This document shows, one piece after another, positions 11,006 through 25,100 of a stretch of DNA of 64,000 nucleotides (positions are counted from its first letter, which is position 1; the number at the start of each line of letters is the position of its first letter). The DNA lies in NCBI GenBank assembly GCA_015680685.1, contig MNCI01002172.1, forward strand, positions 187,895 to 251,894, written 5' to 3'. The notes below the pieces were generated by a model that did no database searches, was not told where the DNA came from, and saw nothing but the letters and a program-made list of their open reading frames with translations. Position numbers and translations under genes: made by a program. Source of the DNA: Gnetum montanum (Eukaryota > Plantae > Gnetophyta).

Positions 11006-14000
11006 ATGGCCCAAAATAATGGATCCGTGTCTCTCCAAATTCCTGTATTCAATGGAGAAAATTATGAATATTGGGCAATTAAGATGAAGACAGTTATGAT
11101 CTGACAAGATCTATAGGATATTGTTGAAGGTGGATTTCAAGATGTTGATCAAGAAACATTTCAAGCCCTAACAAAAGATGAAAAGAATGAAGTCAAGAAG
11201 CTTCGTAAGAAAGATGCAAAAGCATTATTCATCATTCCATCTGGGTTAGATTTGACAATCTTTCCCAAAATTGTGGTGCATCCAACAAGCAAAGCTACAT
11301 GGGATGCACTAGAGATTGTATACAAGGGATTATTAAAAGTTCGTGTTGTCAAGTTACAAGCTTTAAAGAAAGATTTTGAATCTTTGCACATGCTAGATTC
11401 AGAGAATATTGATCAATACATCAGCCGATTTCAACAAGTTTGAAATGGACTTGAATCTTGTGGAGAAACGCTTGAGGAAAGGCATGCTGTTGAAACGATC
11501 CTTCGAAGTGTGACCCAAAAATATGATCCCATCGTCATGGCTATTGAAGAAGCAAGAGATCTTGATAAGATGACCATGGTTGAGCTTGTAGGAAGCTTGA
11601 AGACATACTAGCAAAGAATTGTTGATCATGAGGATTCAATAGCAAATGCATTTCAAGCACAATCCTAGAGATCATTCAATCAAAATCAAAATCCTCAAGT
11701 GGATCCTCATTCAAAGGATGTGGATGTGGTCACGGTAGATCCAGACGTCGTGGCTGTGGAAGATCAAATCAATCAAATGAAGGTAAGCATTGTGATTTCT
11801 ATGGTACCAACACCCACAATACTCATGAATGTTGGTCTAGGAAGAAGCATGAAAAGAAAGGCAAAGCAAAAATTGCAAAAGATGAAGATCACCACAAGAA
11901 TCACCAAAAAGGTAAGCAACTGCTTTATACTGAAGAGGAGGAAGATCACCTCCTGATCTCTACAAAGGCATTAGATGCTAGCAATAACAACAAGTGGTAT
12001 GTTGATAGTGGGTGCAGCAATCACATGACTGGGGACAAGAAACTCTTCTTAAGTCTGGAAACATATGATGGAAAGGTCACCATAGGTAATGGGAAGAAGT
12101 TAACCATTGCTGGGATTGGATTGCTTGCCTTCACAACCATGCAAGGTAACAACTATGTTATTTCCTAGATCTACTTTATTCTAGATCTTTCAAAGAATTT
12201 ATTAAGTGTGGGACAATTATGTCGCAATGGGTATCGTGTTGCATTTGAAAAGAATGTTTGTAAAATCTCTAAGGCTGATGATGATAAGGGTATTTCCATT
12301 ATCCCTATTAGCAAAAATCAAATGTATAAGTTGTAGATACAAAAGGATGTTCAATGCCTCACTGTCACTGACGATGTTACATGGTTGTGGCATGCTCAAT
12401 TACGACATGTCAACTTTAGCTCAATGGACCGCATGTAGAAAGAAGGACTCGTTAGAGGTATGCCAAAATTTTCTTTGTCCAATAGTCATGATTGTGGCAT
12501 ATTTCAACTAGGAAAAATCACAAGATTATCATTTCCTAGGAAAGAACATAGATCTCAAGAAAAATTAGATCTAGTTCATATGGATTTATGCAGTCCCATG
12601 CAAGCATTGAGCCTAGGCAAAAATCGCTATATGTTAATCATCATGGATGATTTTTCCAGATTTGCTTGGGGTTATTTTATGAAATTAAAAGATCAAACAT
12701 TTGGATTTTTTAGAGAATTCAAGATGGCAATAGAAAATCAAAGTGGCAATACAATCAAGCAAATCCAAACAGATCGTGGTGGTGAATTTTTGTCCCAAGA
12801 ATTTGAGGAATTCTACAAGAAGAATGGAATTATTCACCAAACTACCACATCCTATACACCCCCAACAAAATGGAGTAGTTGAAAGGAAAAATAGGACCAT
12901 GGTTGAAATGGCTAGGTGTTTACTACAACTATCAAACTTAGCAGATACGTTTTGGGAAGAAACTTGTGCAACATCAATTTATCTTTTAAATAGATTACCT
13001 TCCAAATCAATTCACAATAAAACACCCTATGAATTCTGGCATGGTTATACACCTAATATTTCACATTTGAAAATCTTTGGTTCACCCTACTATGTGCACA
13101 TCCCTGCCCAAAACAAACAAAAATTAGACGGTAAAGCTATGCCTTGTATTTTCGTTGGATATTCTCCCACATCTAAAGCTTATAGGTTCTATGATAAAAA
13201 CAATCACAAGGTTTTGAAGCAACCAAAATGTTTTTTCCAGCAACCAAAATGTTTTTTGCAGGCCCTAACATCAGCGTGTTTTTTGAGCACCCTCCAGGTT
13301 ATTCTCTTTCCAACATCAAACCCACTCCAACGAAGCCAAGCAGGCACACATCTCAAGACTCTTCTATCAAATGGGGACGTCCTTCCCAGAATCATGGACA
13401 CCATGGGAATTGTGTGACTCCCAGGCCCCAATGGCCCCTTGTTTCTGCAGGGTCTACCTCACCTATTTCCCACACACTAGCGCCTCTCCTTCCTCACTAG
13501 TGCTCCCTCCATTTGGTGCAACAATAGCCAGACATCAATTTTGGTGCCCCAACTCCATGTTTTTTGGTTCTCGAGTCATCATGCCCTCCAGCTGCCTATT
13601 CTGTTATTTCGATAGCATCCAATCCACATTTCTTGTATTCGCTAGCACACAATTCGCCCTTTTGGACTTCCTTCCATCCACCATTCTATCCAATGCTACT
13701 CCCTATGGGCCTCTAACTCCACATGCTTTTGTGCCAACGTCTACAAACATTTTCCTTCCTCTTTCTACGCCATTTTCTACAGAAATTCCCTCCTTGATCT
13801 AGTCAGTAGCCGCGCCCTCCTAGGTCCTTCCCTTTGTGCCAACCATGACTCCTCCTCGATAGTCTCTTTCTTCCTCATAGGTGGCTCTCTCTCACCCAGC
13901 CTCCCAAATGTTGGATCTAAATTTTCACCACTGCCTAACCCACAGCCATTCTCACTAGCACCATGTTTAGCCAACCCAAGCTAATGCAAATGCTGCCACT

Positions 14001-15600
14001 GCTCTCTTCTCCAACATGGGTGATGACTTCTACGCACTACTTACACCGATGGGGGGGAGCTCTGATGGTTTGGCAAAACCATCCACCATCGTCGAAGCTG
14101 CACTAGATGATCATTGGAATGCAGCAATGGAATATGAGCTACAGAAAATCAATAAAAAAAACACTTGGAGTCTAGTTCCTCATCCATCTGGTAAGCTAGT
14201 CATTAGCTTAAAATGGATATCCAAACTCAAGAGAAATCAATATGGTGAACTAGACAAATTCAAAGCTTGCCTAGTTACCAAGGGATATCTCCAACAACAA
14301 GGCAGATACTTTGATGACAACTTTGCTCCTGTTTCACAATTGGAATCTATGAAAATCTTTCTAGCTATTGCTGCACAAGCTGGCTATGTGGTATATCAAC
14401 TGGATGTGAATTCCTCAATGGCGTTCTGAATGAAGAAGTCTATGTGGAACAACCCCCAGGTTTTGTTGATGAAGGAAAACAAGATCATGTGTACAAGCTT
14501 CATAAAGCTTTGTACGGGCTCAAGCAAGCTCCACGTGCATGGTATGCACATATTCATTCATTTTTCATCCAAGAGGGGTTCATCCATCTTCAGTCCCAAA
14601 CTACAATTTACAAAAAGGTATCTGGAGATAATTTTAATTTTTTCTTGTCTGTATGTAGATGATTTAATTTATTTTTCTTCTACAATTGCATTAGGAAATG
14701 ATTTTCTTAATGCTATGCAAAATGAGTTTGAAATGTCTAATCTAGGGAAAATGTCATATTTTCTGGGTTTTCAAGTAATCCAGAGAAAAAATCCATTTCC
14801 ATATGCCAAATGAAATTTTCCCGATCCTTACTTGAGAAATTTGGCATGATTAATAGTAATCCCTCAGACACACCACTCTCCCTTAGTATAAAACTTACCA
14901 AGAATGATAAATCTCCTTCAGTCAATCCATCACTATATAGATCCCTAGTTGGTGGTTTATTGTATCTCTCTAATACTCGTCTAGATATTCAATATGATGT
15001 CAATTACCTTTCTTGGTTCATGCAAGATCCGCATGAATCACATTGGAAAGCTACAAAACGAGTTCTACATTACCTGAGAACTACAACAGATTTTGAGATC
15101 ACATTCCATCAACATACAAACTTCAAGGTATGGGGATACATTGATGCAGATTGGGGAGGTGACCTTGATGATCGAAAGTCAACTTTTGGTTTTTGTCTCT
15201 TCTTCGGTCCATTGCTCATCTCTTGGGGATCAAAGAAGTAGTCTTCAGTTGCACTCTCAACAACCGAAGCAAAATACATAGCTACATCAAGTGTTGCTTC
15301 TCAAGCCATGTGGATTCACTCTATTTTCATTGAAATGGGATTCACACTTGATCCTCCCATTCACTTATACTATGACAACACAAGTGCTATTGCAATGGCT
15401 CACAATCTAGTTTAGCATGGGCGTACCAAGCACATTGATATCAAGCATCACCATCTCAGAAGCTTGATCCAAGACAACATCCTCAACATGGAATATTGTG
15501 CAATTGAAGCACAACTAGCAGATATTTTTACCAAGATTTTGAGCCATGAGAAGTTTACATCCTTCAGAGACCTCCTTGGAGTGGAACCCCTTACCATCAT
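11006..15600 (+). pseudogene. Copia gag-pol (gag, protease WYVDSGCSNHMTG, integrase, RT YVDD, RNase H DADWGGD), interrupted by stops and frameshifts
   Basis: Motifs: [70 protein letters not shown]. Confidence 0.93.
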
Positions 15601-15609
15601 GGGGGAGTT

Positions 15610-15957
15610 TATGGAAGATGATTTGTAGACATTCCACATTATTAGGAGATTGATCTCATATTTTTATTTACTCTAAATAAGATGAGATCCTAGTTGTCCA
15701 TTCTTATCCATACCCATGATTATCTCATCCATAAATAAGATGATAAGGATCATTCCCATGATTTTAGAGACTCATGCTTATCTCTTCAAATCCATTCTTG
15801 GAAGGATCCAAGTCTATATAATTGTAGCAGCACATATTCATAAATATATAGATTCTAGATTAACAAATTGTAAGTGTGTTTTTTGTTCTAACAAAGTTCT
15901 TTAATTTCTATTTAGCATAGATAGTAGATCCAGGGCCCTTTAGATTTAGATTTCTCA
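15610..15957 (+). repeat. 3' LTR of the Copia element
   Basis: Follows the PPT. Starts TA (TG mutated), ends CA, then the TSD. Confidence 0.95.
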
Positions 15958-16330
15958 AATAATACTCTCAAAAGAAGGGTATCATTCATGAAAGAATCTT
16001 TATACTAGTAGTAAAAATAACCTTTATAAAAATTATGTTGTCTTTTATGGTTGTTTTAGATCTTGAACTTAATCAAATACATGTTAACACTACTTTTCTT
16101 CATGGAAATTTTTATGAAGAAATATACATGTAGCAACTTGAAGGTTACGTGGTTAAAGGTAAGAAAAACATGATATGTCACACTTATATGGGTTGACACA
16201 ATTCCTAAGGATGTGGTATAAGAAATTTAATTGTTGCATTTTAAGTTTGATTTTGTAAGGACTAATAATGATCTTTGCATTTATTTAAAGAAAGACTCAA
16301 AAACATATTTAATATTACTATTGTATGTTG

Positions 16331-17688
16331 TGGGATCAATTAACTCAAAAGGGGGGTTGAATGAGTTTCACATAAAAAAATATGTCATATAAAGATAAAT
16401 AAAAAAATTAAACTACATGAGATGCAATATAGCTAACAATAGTAAAGGAAACTAGAAAAGGAAAAATCTCACTAATGTGTGTGGTAAAGCTCACCCCCTT
16501 AAAATCCACTAGAATTTAAACCATGGTTGAGGTTACCATTGTGGTAGATCCTCAAATGCTACACACTCCAAACAAGGTGAACAATCTTGGTATCCCATAG
16601 GACTTCCAACGACCTCATAACATCAACCAACAAGTTGTGATTCTCTCATAGGACACACTCACATACCACTCAAGGTTGATAAAAAATGTCAAATATTTGA
16701 ACTTTTCTAGGTTTCAATGTAAATGTCCCCATAAAGAGAATCTACACTCTACAAAGCTCTTAATGAATACAATATAAATGAAAGTGTAGAGAGATAATTC
16801 TTCAAATCAAATCTACACCAATGTACTTCATACTAGGCAATGAAATAGCTAGCCCTAAAAACAAATCCAAACACACAAGATATATAAGAAACAAGTAATG
16901 GATCTTAACAACATACACTCATGTGTGAAATAAATCAATTAAAACCTTAGGAGACTAATGCAGCAATGGTTATGTAGCTCCTAAGAATAATTTTCCAACC
17001 CTTGCAAGATCTTAGTCAAGAACAAGAACAAGAACCCCAATCCAATGTATTATGTCAATGATTACCCTTGGATTATTTGGATTATTTTGAGAAATAAATC
17101 TAAGCACTTTCCTTTATAATCTTTACTTCATGCAAGTTTCTTGCTTCAAACTAGAGTTAGGAAAACAACTAGAAATGAGTTTTTTTTTCTCAAACAACGA
17201 CACAAGATGTCCCGTTTAAGGCTTAGGCATCCACTTTAAGATAGCCAAGTTTCAAGTTGAACATCTAGGACAAGCTAAGATGTCCACCTTGACAACTACT
17301 AAGACTCTACTAGGATTCCATAATTGGGACATCTAGACTCTAGCCTTGAACATCTAGGATGAATTGAAGATGAACTATGAACTTGGCCTATTCTCTACTT
17401 AGATGTTTTCTATGAAGCATGAAGGTCTACGCTATAACCAAGATTGAGTGAAGATGTTCAATCCTTACTTTTTCCCATTCTAAAATTCTTGATCTAGTTT
17501 CTTTAACTCTTTTTTTTCACCTGGGACTTCAACAAATAGCTTCCTTGATCTCTGATCATTCCTTAGGTTGACTTCCCTAATCTTCAAAAACTATTTTACT
17601 AAAACTTACATAAGCTTACAACCATACAAGAAAGCACATCTCCATTCTTTAAAGTTTAACACATCAAACTAAAACAAGGTAATCAACA
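16331..17688 (-). mobile_element. Solo LTR (1358 bp), probably Copia/Sirevirus-like, inserted in the host RT
   Basis: TG...CA ends, TSD TGTTG/TATTG. Removing it restores LYVD. GGGGGGTTGAATGAG near the left end resembles the reverse of the Sirevirus U5 motif TATTCACCCCCCT. Confidence 0.7.
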
Positions 17689-18204
17689 TATTGATCATAA
17701 GTTAATATTAGAAAATAATATACAAGAAATTTCAAAAATAAAATATCAATTGTCATCTCAATTTGAGATGGACCTTAGTACCACAAGGAAAATCTTAGGC
17801 ATGGAATTAAAAGATATAGAAAAGATAAAAGCTATGGCTTGGTCAATCTACATTTGTTAATAAAATTTTAGAATATTCAATATTAAGATTGTAACTTGAT
17901 AAATACTCCATTTTCTATGGACATGTAATTATATCCATGGAGGAATGTCCAAGATCAAATGATGAAATGGAGGTAATGAGTAAAATTTCCTATGGTAATA
18001 TTGTTGGTAGTTCCATGTATGCAATGGTCTATACTAGTCTTGATATTACAAATGTAGTGGGAGCTATAAGGAATTTTATATTTAATTCTAGAAAGGAATA
18101 TTGGATGGGTATTAAAAAATTTTAGGTATCTTCAAGGTACCACTAATTTTTTCATCTATTATGAGAAAAGTTTCTTTGCATTGCATGGCTCTATAGATGC
18201 TAAT

Positions 18205-19078
18205 TAATGAGTAGCAATATTCCCTATGCCCAACCACACAAATCACTAGCGTGTATGTGTAATCTGGTCAAATTGCGTGAACTTTATTTACCTAAGTGGC
18301 CAATATTCCTAATTAGTAAAATTTGTAATCATTAGTCATTGTCTTTCCAATCAACACTTATGTTAATCTATGTATATAATTAAGTGTGGTTGAGATATAA
18401 GATATTTGTTTTTATGCTTTTTATTATTTTTTTTGCTTCTAAAATGATATAAATAAAGAATTAATATTTAGGTTAACTAATCAATTAACTACTTAATTCA
18501 CTAACTAGCCTAGTGTTGAGTATTTTTTCCCACTTTCTCTACACATCCTAAACCTATACTAATGTTGCTGAGTCACCAATTGTCTACTGCTAGACATACC
18601 AAGTATCCACTATTAGGATTACCAAGTGTTAATATATTTTGTTCAAAGTGATCGTACTCATGTTGCTTACAAACTACAATATTAATTACATAATAATAAG
18701 AAAGTAAATTGCATGTAAAGTGTTGGGATGTAAAGTTATGCTAATCCAAGTGCTGCAATGGATAAAAGATATCTCAATTTTATTTCTGCTCATGAAAATA
18801 TGTCCAAGTATAGATGCACTTAAATAAGATATCTTATAATCACTTGAATCCATGCTACGAGCACTCAAAGAGAATATTCTAACTTCTATGGGAAGAAACT
18901 ATAAGATTTAAGCTTTGGCAATGACTGAAAGGTACCATAAATGTAGGGGGTATGTGCATTTATATAGATAAAGCCTGCATCATCATTGACATATCTATGT
19001 TAATGCATCCTAAGATATGTTGATGATGTTGCATCGATGGGCCTACCTTAATGCAACCATCTTATTGATGTTGCATCA
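18205..19078 (-). repeat. 3' LTR of element C
   Basis: On the minus strand it starts TGATG after the PPT and ends ..CTACTCATTA (CATCA decayed). Confidence 0.8.
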
Positions 19079-19299
19079 TACCCCCATGACTGATTAAAGA
19101 CTCATCCTTGAGTAGACAAAAATGTGATCAAGCTTCTTACAAAATTTAGGGAAGTATGGAATTTTATTGACTAACTAACTAACTTTGATTGCCATATTTT
19201 ACATATTACAAACATTGGTGCATTTTCCAACAAAAAATTAGACACAGATAAAAATTAGCAAGGGTTTGTTAAATGGATAGAGGCGGGATAAAGTCTTCT

Positions 19300-22107
19300 T
19301 ATAGTGCCTAGAGGTGGAGGTTCCTATGGCTCTAATGGTCCTTCATTGCATCTGAGTGCTGTTGGAGGTTCAAGCTACCTTGCTACTATCACTATTGCTG
19401 CTAGAAACTTGAAGGCATCTAAGAGTGCCTTCATTTTCTTATCTTTTCTTCGTGAATCATATATGGTCTAGCCTGCTTTACCTAAATTAGCTAGTGTTAG
19501 GATATCCCACAAACATGGAAATGAAAAAAACATCTCCTTCATATTGATGAACTAGACTATGAATGTTTTATGTTCAACATCAAATGTTCTGACAAGGTTC
19601 TATAGCTCCTAGTAGTTGCGTGTCCTCCTTGTCAAGTTCTTAGCAACAATTCGTTGATATGTGAATTTGCTTCTAAGAACTTCAAGCTCTACGTTGGCTA
19701 TTTTCAACTTTTCTTTTATATCTTTATAGAGCTTGAACTCCACCTCATAAAAGAGGCCGAAGCTGGCAACCTACTTCTCTAACTTAGTCCTTGGCCTCCC
19801 TATTGTTAGCATTACTAGGTTTGCATAGAAAAGGTCAACAAGCTTTATGTATTCTATCATATTTTTGATTTGCAACTCCTTCAAGCATATTATTGCTTGA
19901 TCGTATGTATTTAGTTCATCAAAGATGGGCTACCACACATCGTCTCTTTACTAGAGTTATTAGATAACCTTATTTACCTTCACCTTAGCCAATTTGATTT
20001 CTTTTTCATTAACCTCTTTGAGCAATTCGACATGGTCCTTGTAGTGATTCTTCACCTTTCAAAATTTTAGGGCCTCATTTTTCCAAGTGGCAATCTCAAT
20101 TGCAGTTCTCTGCTAAAGGGCATGAACCTCTTCCATTAAGATATTTTGATTTTCATCAACTAACCTCCTCAAATCCAAGTACATCTTAGTAAGCTACTCT
20201 TGCTACTAGAATTCCACAAGCAATGGTTATCTCTAGTAAGGACCAAGTTCTCCTTCAAACTTGCAATAGGTCACGATCAATGTTGCCTGTCATTACTTTT
20301 GACATGGATGAATCAAAGATCATCATTTCCTTGACATTCTCAACCTCCTAATACTTCTGTTGAAGATATTGAAAAGCTTCATCTCTTGTTAGTTCAAGCC
20401 AAAGAATGGTAGGATTAGAGAGATGGGCTTGTAATTCTACAACCTCAGTAGCCAACCATTGATTATTAGCAACAGCCTCCTCAAGTTGCACATTGGTGAT
20501 TAGCAACTTATCCCTTATCTCTAAAAGATGCAACTAGTTAGTCATGACATCATCCAAGAGATTGAAGATCTCCGAAAGTGATTGCCTAGCTCCTATCAGT
20601 TGTTCCAACATTTCTTTCTATTGGGCAACACTCATATGTTCACTCCTTACTCCTTTTGATGCATGTATGTCAGCCATGGTAGCAATGTCTGATATCGATG
20701 CAATAAAAGCATTAAGAGCTTTTGCAACTCTATCCACCACCACCTCTGCTACTCTTTCTTAGCCCTTATGTGTCAAGACAAGGATTGTTGCCTCTTCTCC
20801 TTCTTCCAACATGATAGATAAGGCAACTACATTTCCTAAAATTTTGAGAAATGTCTATCTAGGAATGGATGCAGTGCCTCTTTGGTACTTGGATTAGGTC
20901 TAATGGATGTCTTATTTCTTTGTGTGAAAAATAGCAATGTTGTCTCACTGTCTATCCAACTAATGGTCCTTACATCCTCATTAAGGTGGCTCATGATTAG
21001 ACGGTAGATAGATGATTATCCACCATCTCCAAATCCTTCTTGTTACCACAGCTATTGCTCTAAAAGTTTTTTAAGACACTTAGTGGCTACAAGCATCTCT
21101 AGTATTGTTTATGGGGCTGCAAGTGGTGGTGGTTATGGATACTCCTCCTTGTGAACCTAAGCAGTAGTTTTATCTTTCATCATCTCCTGCCATGATGCAA
21201 TAGGAACATAGTAGATCACATCATTGAAATAGCAGGCTATTCCTCCCCTTTTGCATAATTCTAATTAAGCAATAAAAGAAGGATCTTTCTACACTTCTCA
21301 TTTTTCTTGAAACAACTTTCTATGTTAAGGAAGATGAGTTGGGGAGGTTAATAGGCAATTTCCACTTAGAGCCACATATGCCCTAATGGAGAAGGCTGTC
21401 ACCTTTCTTAGACTCACTGTTGGGTTGAAGTGATAGGTTGTGATCTTCAAATAGGTTCTTTTCACCTTTTCTAGGGCACTATACTCCTTACGATCCACTC
21501 CATGGCACCATTGGATGCATTCTTTCTTTGCCTTGAGATCCTCCTACGTTGAGATTCTTACTATCTTGGCCCCAATGTTAGGCAAACCTAAGGCTTCCGC
21601 AATGACTTCAATTGAGTAGAAGATTGTGATGTCTTTGATTTTGACTAATGCATCTCCTTGTCAATTGTTCTAAAAGAGGTAACTTTCCTCCATGTACCAT
21701 TCCCCACTATTGGAGAGAATGAACCATAGAGAAGACCCCTACAACTATGTCTTAACCTCTTTAGGCCCCAACTCCAAAAATAGTCTAAAGTTTAACTCTT
21801 GCAATATAGAACTTTGGACCTTCCTAGTTGGGATCCTCTCCAAGTAAGCTTCAATGAGTGTGGCCTCTAAGTTAGGTCTTGGTCTTAGAACATCATCCTA
21901 CTTAGATTGGCATGTTTTTGTAGTAGAAATATGTCTAACAAATTCCACCTTGGGCTCCTTCAGAAGAGACATGATAACATGCACAACCTCAGCTACTTAC
22001 TTCTGGCATTGTTGTTGTTGTTGTTGTTGTTAGTCCCTTTCTCCTTGACGTTACTTATTCCTATGTGGTGACAGCCCTCCTACCTACAATCCTCTTTTGG
22101 GTGTCAT
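19300..22107 (-). pseudogene. Extra (env-position) ORF of element C, ~930 codons: polyQ N-terminus, plant-transposon-like domain, long coiled coil
   Basis: ATG at 22107 follows TGCAG. Reads MTPKRG..QQQQQQQ..ITIFYSIEVIAEALGLPNIG..LLEIRDKLLITNVQLEEAVANNQWLATEVVELQAHL. Stops in the part I translated are TAG/TAA/TGA, as expected from C>T decay. The 3' end is approximate. Confidence 0.7.
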
Positions 22108-25100
22108 CTGCAATTACAAACATAACTCATGATTAGCATTTTCACATAACCTTTGTTTCCTTTGGATACCTTCCTTTGTTAGATTAGGTTATGTTAATTT
22201 CTTAGACATTAGGATTTTATTGCTAAGTTCTTATTTTATGATCGTAGGCTTGTGATATTATCTTTTTATTATTTTATTTATGCTCTAACAGAGGTTTATT
22301 ATTGATATTAACTCATTGTGATTATTATTTTAATAACCTATTCATGGGACGTTAGAAAAATTTCAAAAAACATCCTATGAGAATCTAAGGTTTGAAGCCC
22401 CTATGATATAAAGCATATCTCTGGTGGCTCAAGGATAAAAAATATAGGCAAAATCAGGTAAGCAATTTGAAAGTTATGATGCTCGAAATATTCTTTGGCT
22501 CTAAAAAAATGGCAAAAACTCCTCTAGTGCTTTGAGAAAATGGTGAAAATGAGCTAAGTATCATGCATGTTTATAGGATTTTTATCTTATGTCAACAAGG
22601 ATGGATCAATGAAGCTATTCTTAACTATATTTTCACTTTAAAAATGGAGGAATTTTGGATGAGGTTGGGGACAAAACAAAGCCAAATAAAAGCCAAAAAT
22701 ATGTAGAATGATGTCAACAACATGAAAGAGGAGGGTATTTTTGACCAATTGGAAGCAATTAGAGCATACTGGATGAGTTCTTTGAGCATGTTTTCATGCC
22801 AAATAAATAAAAACTATATGTTGTAATGCTATCAAGGTGATTGATTGCACAAGCGGCCCATGGTTAGGGACTTTAACTTAAGGTAGACAAAAAAAATACA
22901 AGTGGGTTCTCCCCAAATTAGGCATATGTCTATTATGCCCTTGCATACGTTCATGACAAGGAGTTCATGGGCATCAAGGATGATTAATGGTTGGTTTAAG
23001 TTAAATTCCATATTCATGAAAGAAATTATCCTAGGGCTATGCCATCTAGAAAATAAACTTGTCAATTTGCCATGCCATGAGGTAGTGAGGTGATAGAAAA
23101 TGAAGTGAGAAAATGGTAGATAGAGAAAATGGTGGAGGGATAATCTACATCTTGGTTATGAGATCCTTGGTAAAAATTATGATTAAGATGATCTAATACT
23201 GGTACGTTCCAAGTCTAAACTAAGTCCATTCCATTCATAGTGATCTTGTATTGACATATTCCTCCTCTTTGTTCATAAAGAGTTCATGACGATTCCAAAG
23301 GATAACCATCACTCCAAGAGAAGAGGAAAAGAAAAGAAGAAAGTATGTAGAGCCTTAGTTAGATGGGGTGGCTTTAGGCATGGGTAACATGTCTTTCCAA
23401 CCCTGTAACCAGTGCTTGTAGCCCATTATTGAGTTTAAGGGATGTGCTTTGAATTCCTACCATTGTTGTATTGTTATTTGTTATTTTTCATAGAAACCAC
23501 ACCATTCAAAGGCATGCTTTCTTTTTATGGTTGACAATAGGAGTGATGATATACCACTAGAGAATCATAGAACTTAAGAAAGAAGTTGAGAGAAGAATAC
23601 AACAAATCCTCTTAAGGTTACACCCTTCTCCATTTCCACTTGGTCCTTTCCTAGTTTATTGAGCAAATTTATTACTTTTAGTTGTAACGTGAAAGAACCT
23701 TAATGTTCCCATGATACAGATTTCCCAGGGAACAAATGGAATGGATGGATGTCATGAACTCACTACCTCACACGATTAGAAAATTGACAAATTGTTAGTA
23801 GAGAACATAATTCAACGACAAAATTTTACCTTTTGGTTAATCAACCATAACATTAATAGTTGAATTAAATAAAATTCAAAATTTATAGTAGTAATAAACA
23901 AAATCAGAGATTTCCAACAAGACTAAATATAATAAACAAAGAAGATAAGAAAACAAGAAAAAATATATAAAATAATTAATAAAATATTAAGAAAAAAGAA
24001 AATATATAAAGAACATTACAAAACAAAAAGGCAAAAAGTTGATTATCCTCATCAAGATGTTACAATGAATGGTTGTCTCCCCCATGACTAAGTTGAGAGG
24101 AGGAGATCCAAAAAATAGAGCATGCTTGTCCTTGGGTAGATGTGTTAGTGTTGTTGGTTACTTGAGGTTCCATGAATGACTTAAGTTGTTGTACATTGAC
24201 TAACATGCATATTTTAAGGGTTGGTCAAGTGGTAAATTTTCATGACCTCACAACGAAAAGTTGAACAGATTATGTAAGGTCCTTCCCATAACATTTGGAA
24301 CTTAGTGCATTGTGGCACATGCATTGGATTCTAATAAAAAACTTTATCACCAAGTTGGAATGTAACTTTTCTTATCTGTGCATCATGACATTATTTGTTG
24401 TGTACCTTATGCACTTGATTCATCATTAGGACTATTCGTTGGTTTTCATCTAGCACATCAAGTGTCATAAGACATTCTTTTTAGGTTAGATTAATGTTTA
24501 GGTCAAGCTTACATGTAGTTGTAAGTGTACAAAGTCTGGCTTGGATTGGAAATTTGGATAATTTTTCATACACTAACTTATAGGGAGAGTAGCCTATAGG
24601 AAGTTTTCATGTTGAACAATATGTTGAAAGAGCATCATTAAGTTTGGTACTCCATTCCTTCCTATATTTACTAATTATTTGTGTCAAGATCCTAGTGATC
24701 TTCTTATTCGTGACCTCAGCTTGACCGTTGGCTAGGGGGTGATAGGGGGTTGTCAGTTTATGTTGCAACCCCAAGTGTTACATTAGTTTTTGAAAAATAG
24801 ACCCTATAAAATATGTTCCATTATTTGAAATTAGTGCTCTAGGCACACCAAACCTATTTAACACTTGTTGTTGAACAAACCAAGTTGCAATGATATATGT
24901 ACAATCAAATATAGTTGCAAATTCAACTCATTTGGTAGAGCAATCAATAACAACTATAATGTAGGCCTTCCCATTTAACATGGGAGTGATGGATCCCATG
25001 AAGTTAATTCCTCAAAGGTCAAAAGGCTCCAATGGTTGGATCCATTGTTGAAGCTCCTCCATTCATACAGTCATTCCTCCATCTCATTGACATCACTAGC

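Larger units (their letters stand above)
10588..15957 (+). mobile_element. Complete Ty1/copia LTR retrotransposon (5370 bp, coding-defective)
   Basis: TSD AATAA at 10583-10587 and 15958-15962. LTRs 10588-10953 and 15610-15957. PBS TGGTATCAGAGC (tRNA-iMet) 10956-10967. PPT GGGGGAG 15601-15607. Confidence 0.95.
9190..18204 (+). mobile_element. Old, heavily decayed Ty1/copia pol (integrase-RT-start of RNase H) that hosts three later insertions
   Basis: Integrase 9207-10150 (KTVWIYFMKFKYEVFEKFKEYK..TNNDGEY). RT YKA*LVKK|YSQKKGI is split at 10587/15963, LLLYV|DHKLI is split at 16330/17694, and it ends LHGSIDAN at 18204. Confidence 0.85.

Noticed and set aside
13208-14060. Compositionally distinct stretch inside the Copia pol, a possible foreign insertion
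   Set aside because: It reads as the Ser/Pro-rich integrase-RT linker and runs in frame into RT. No termini or TSD.
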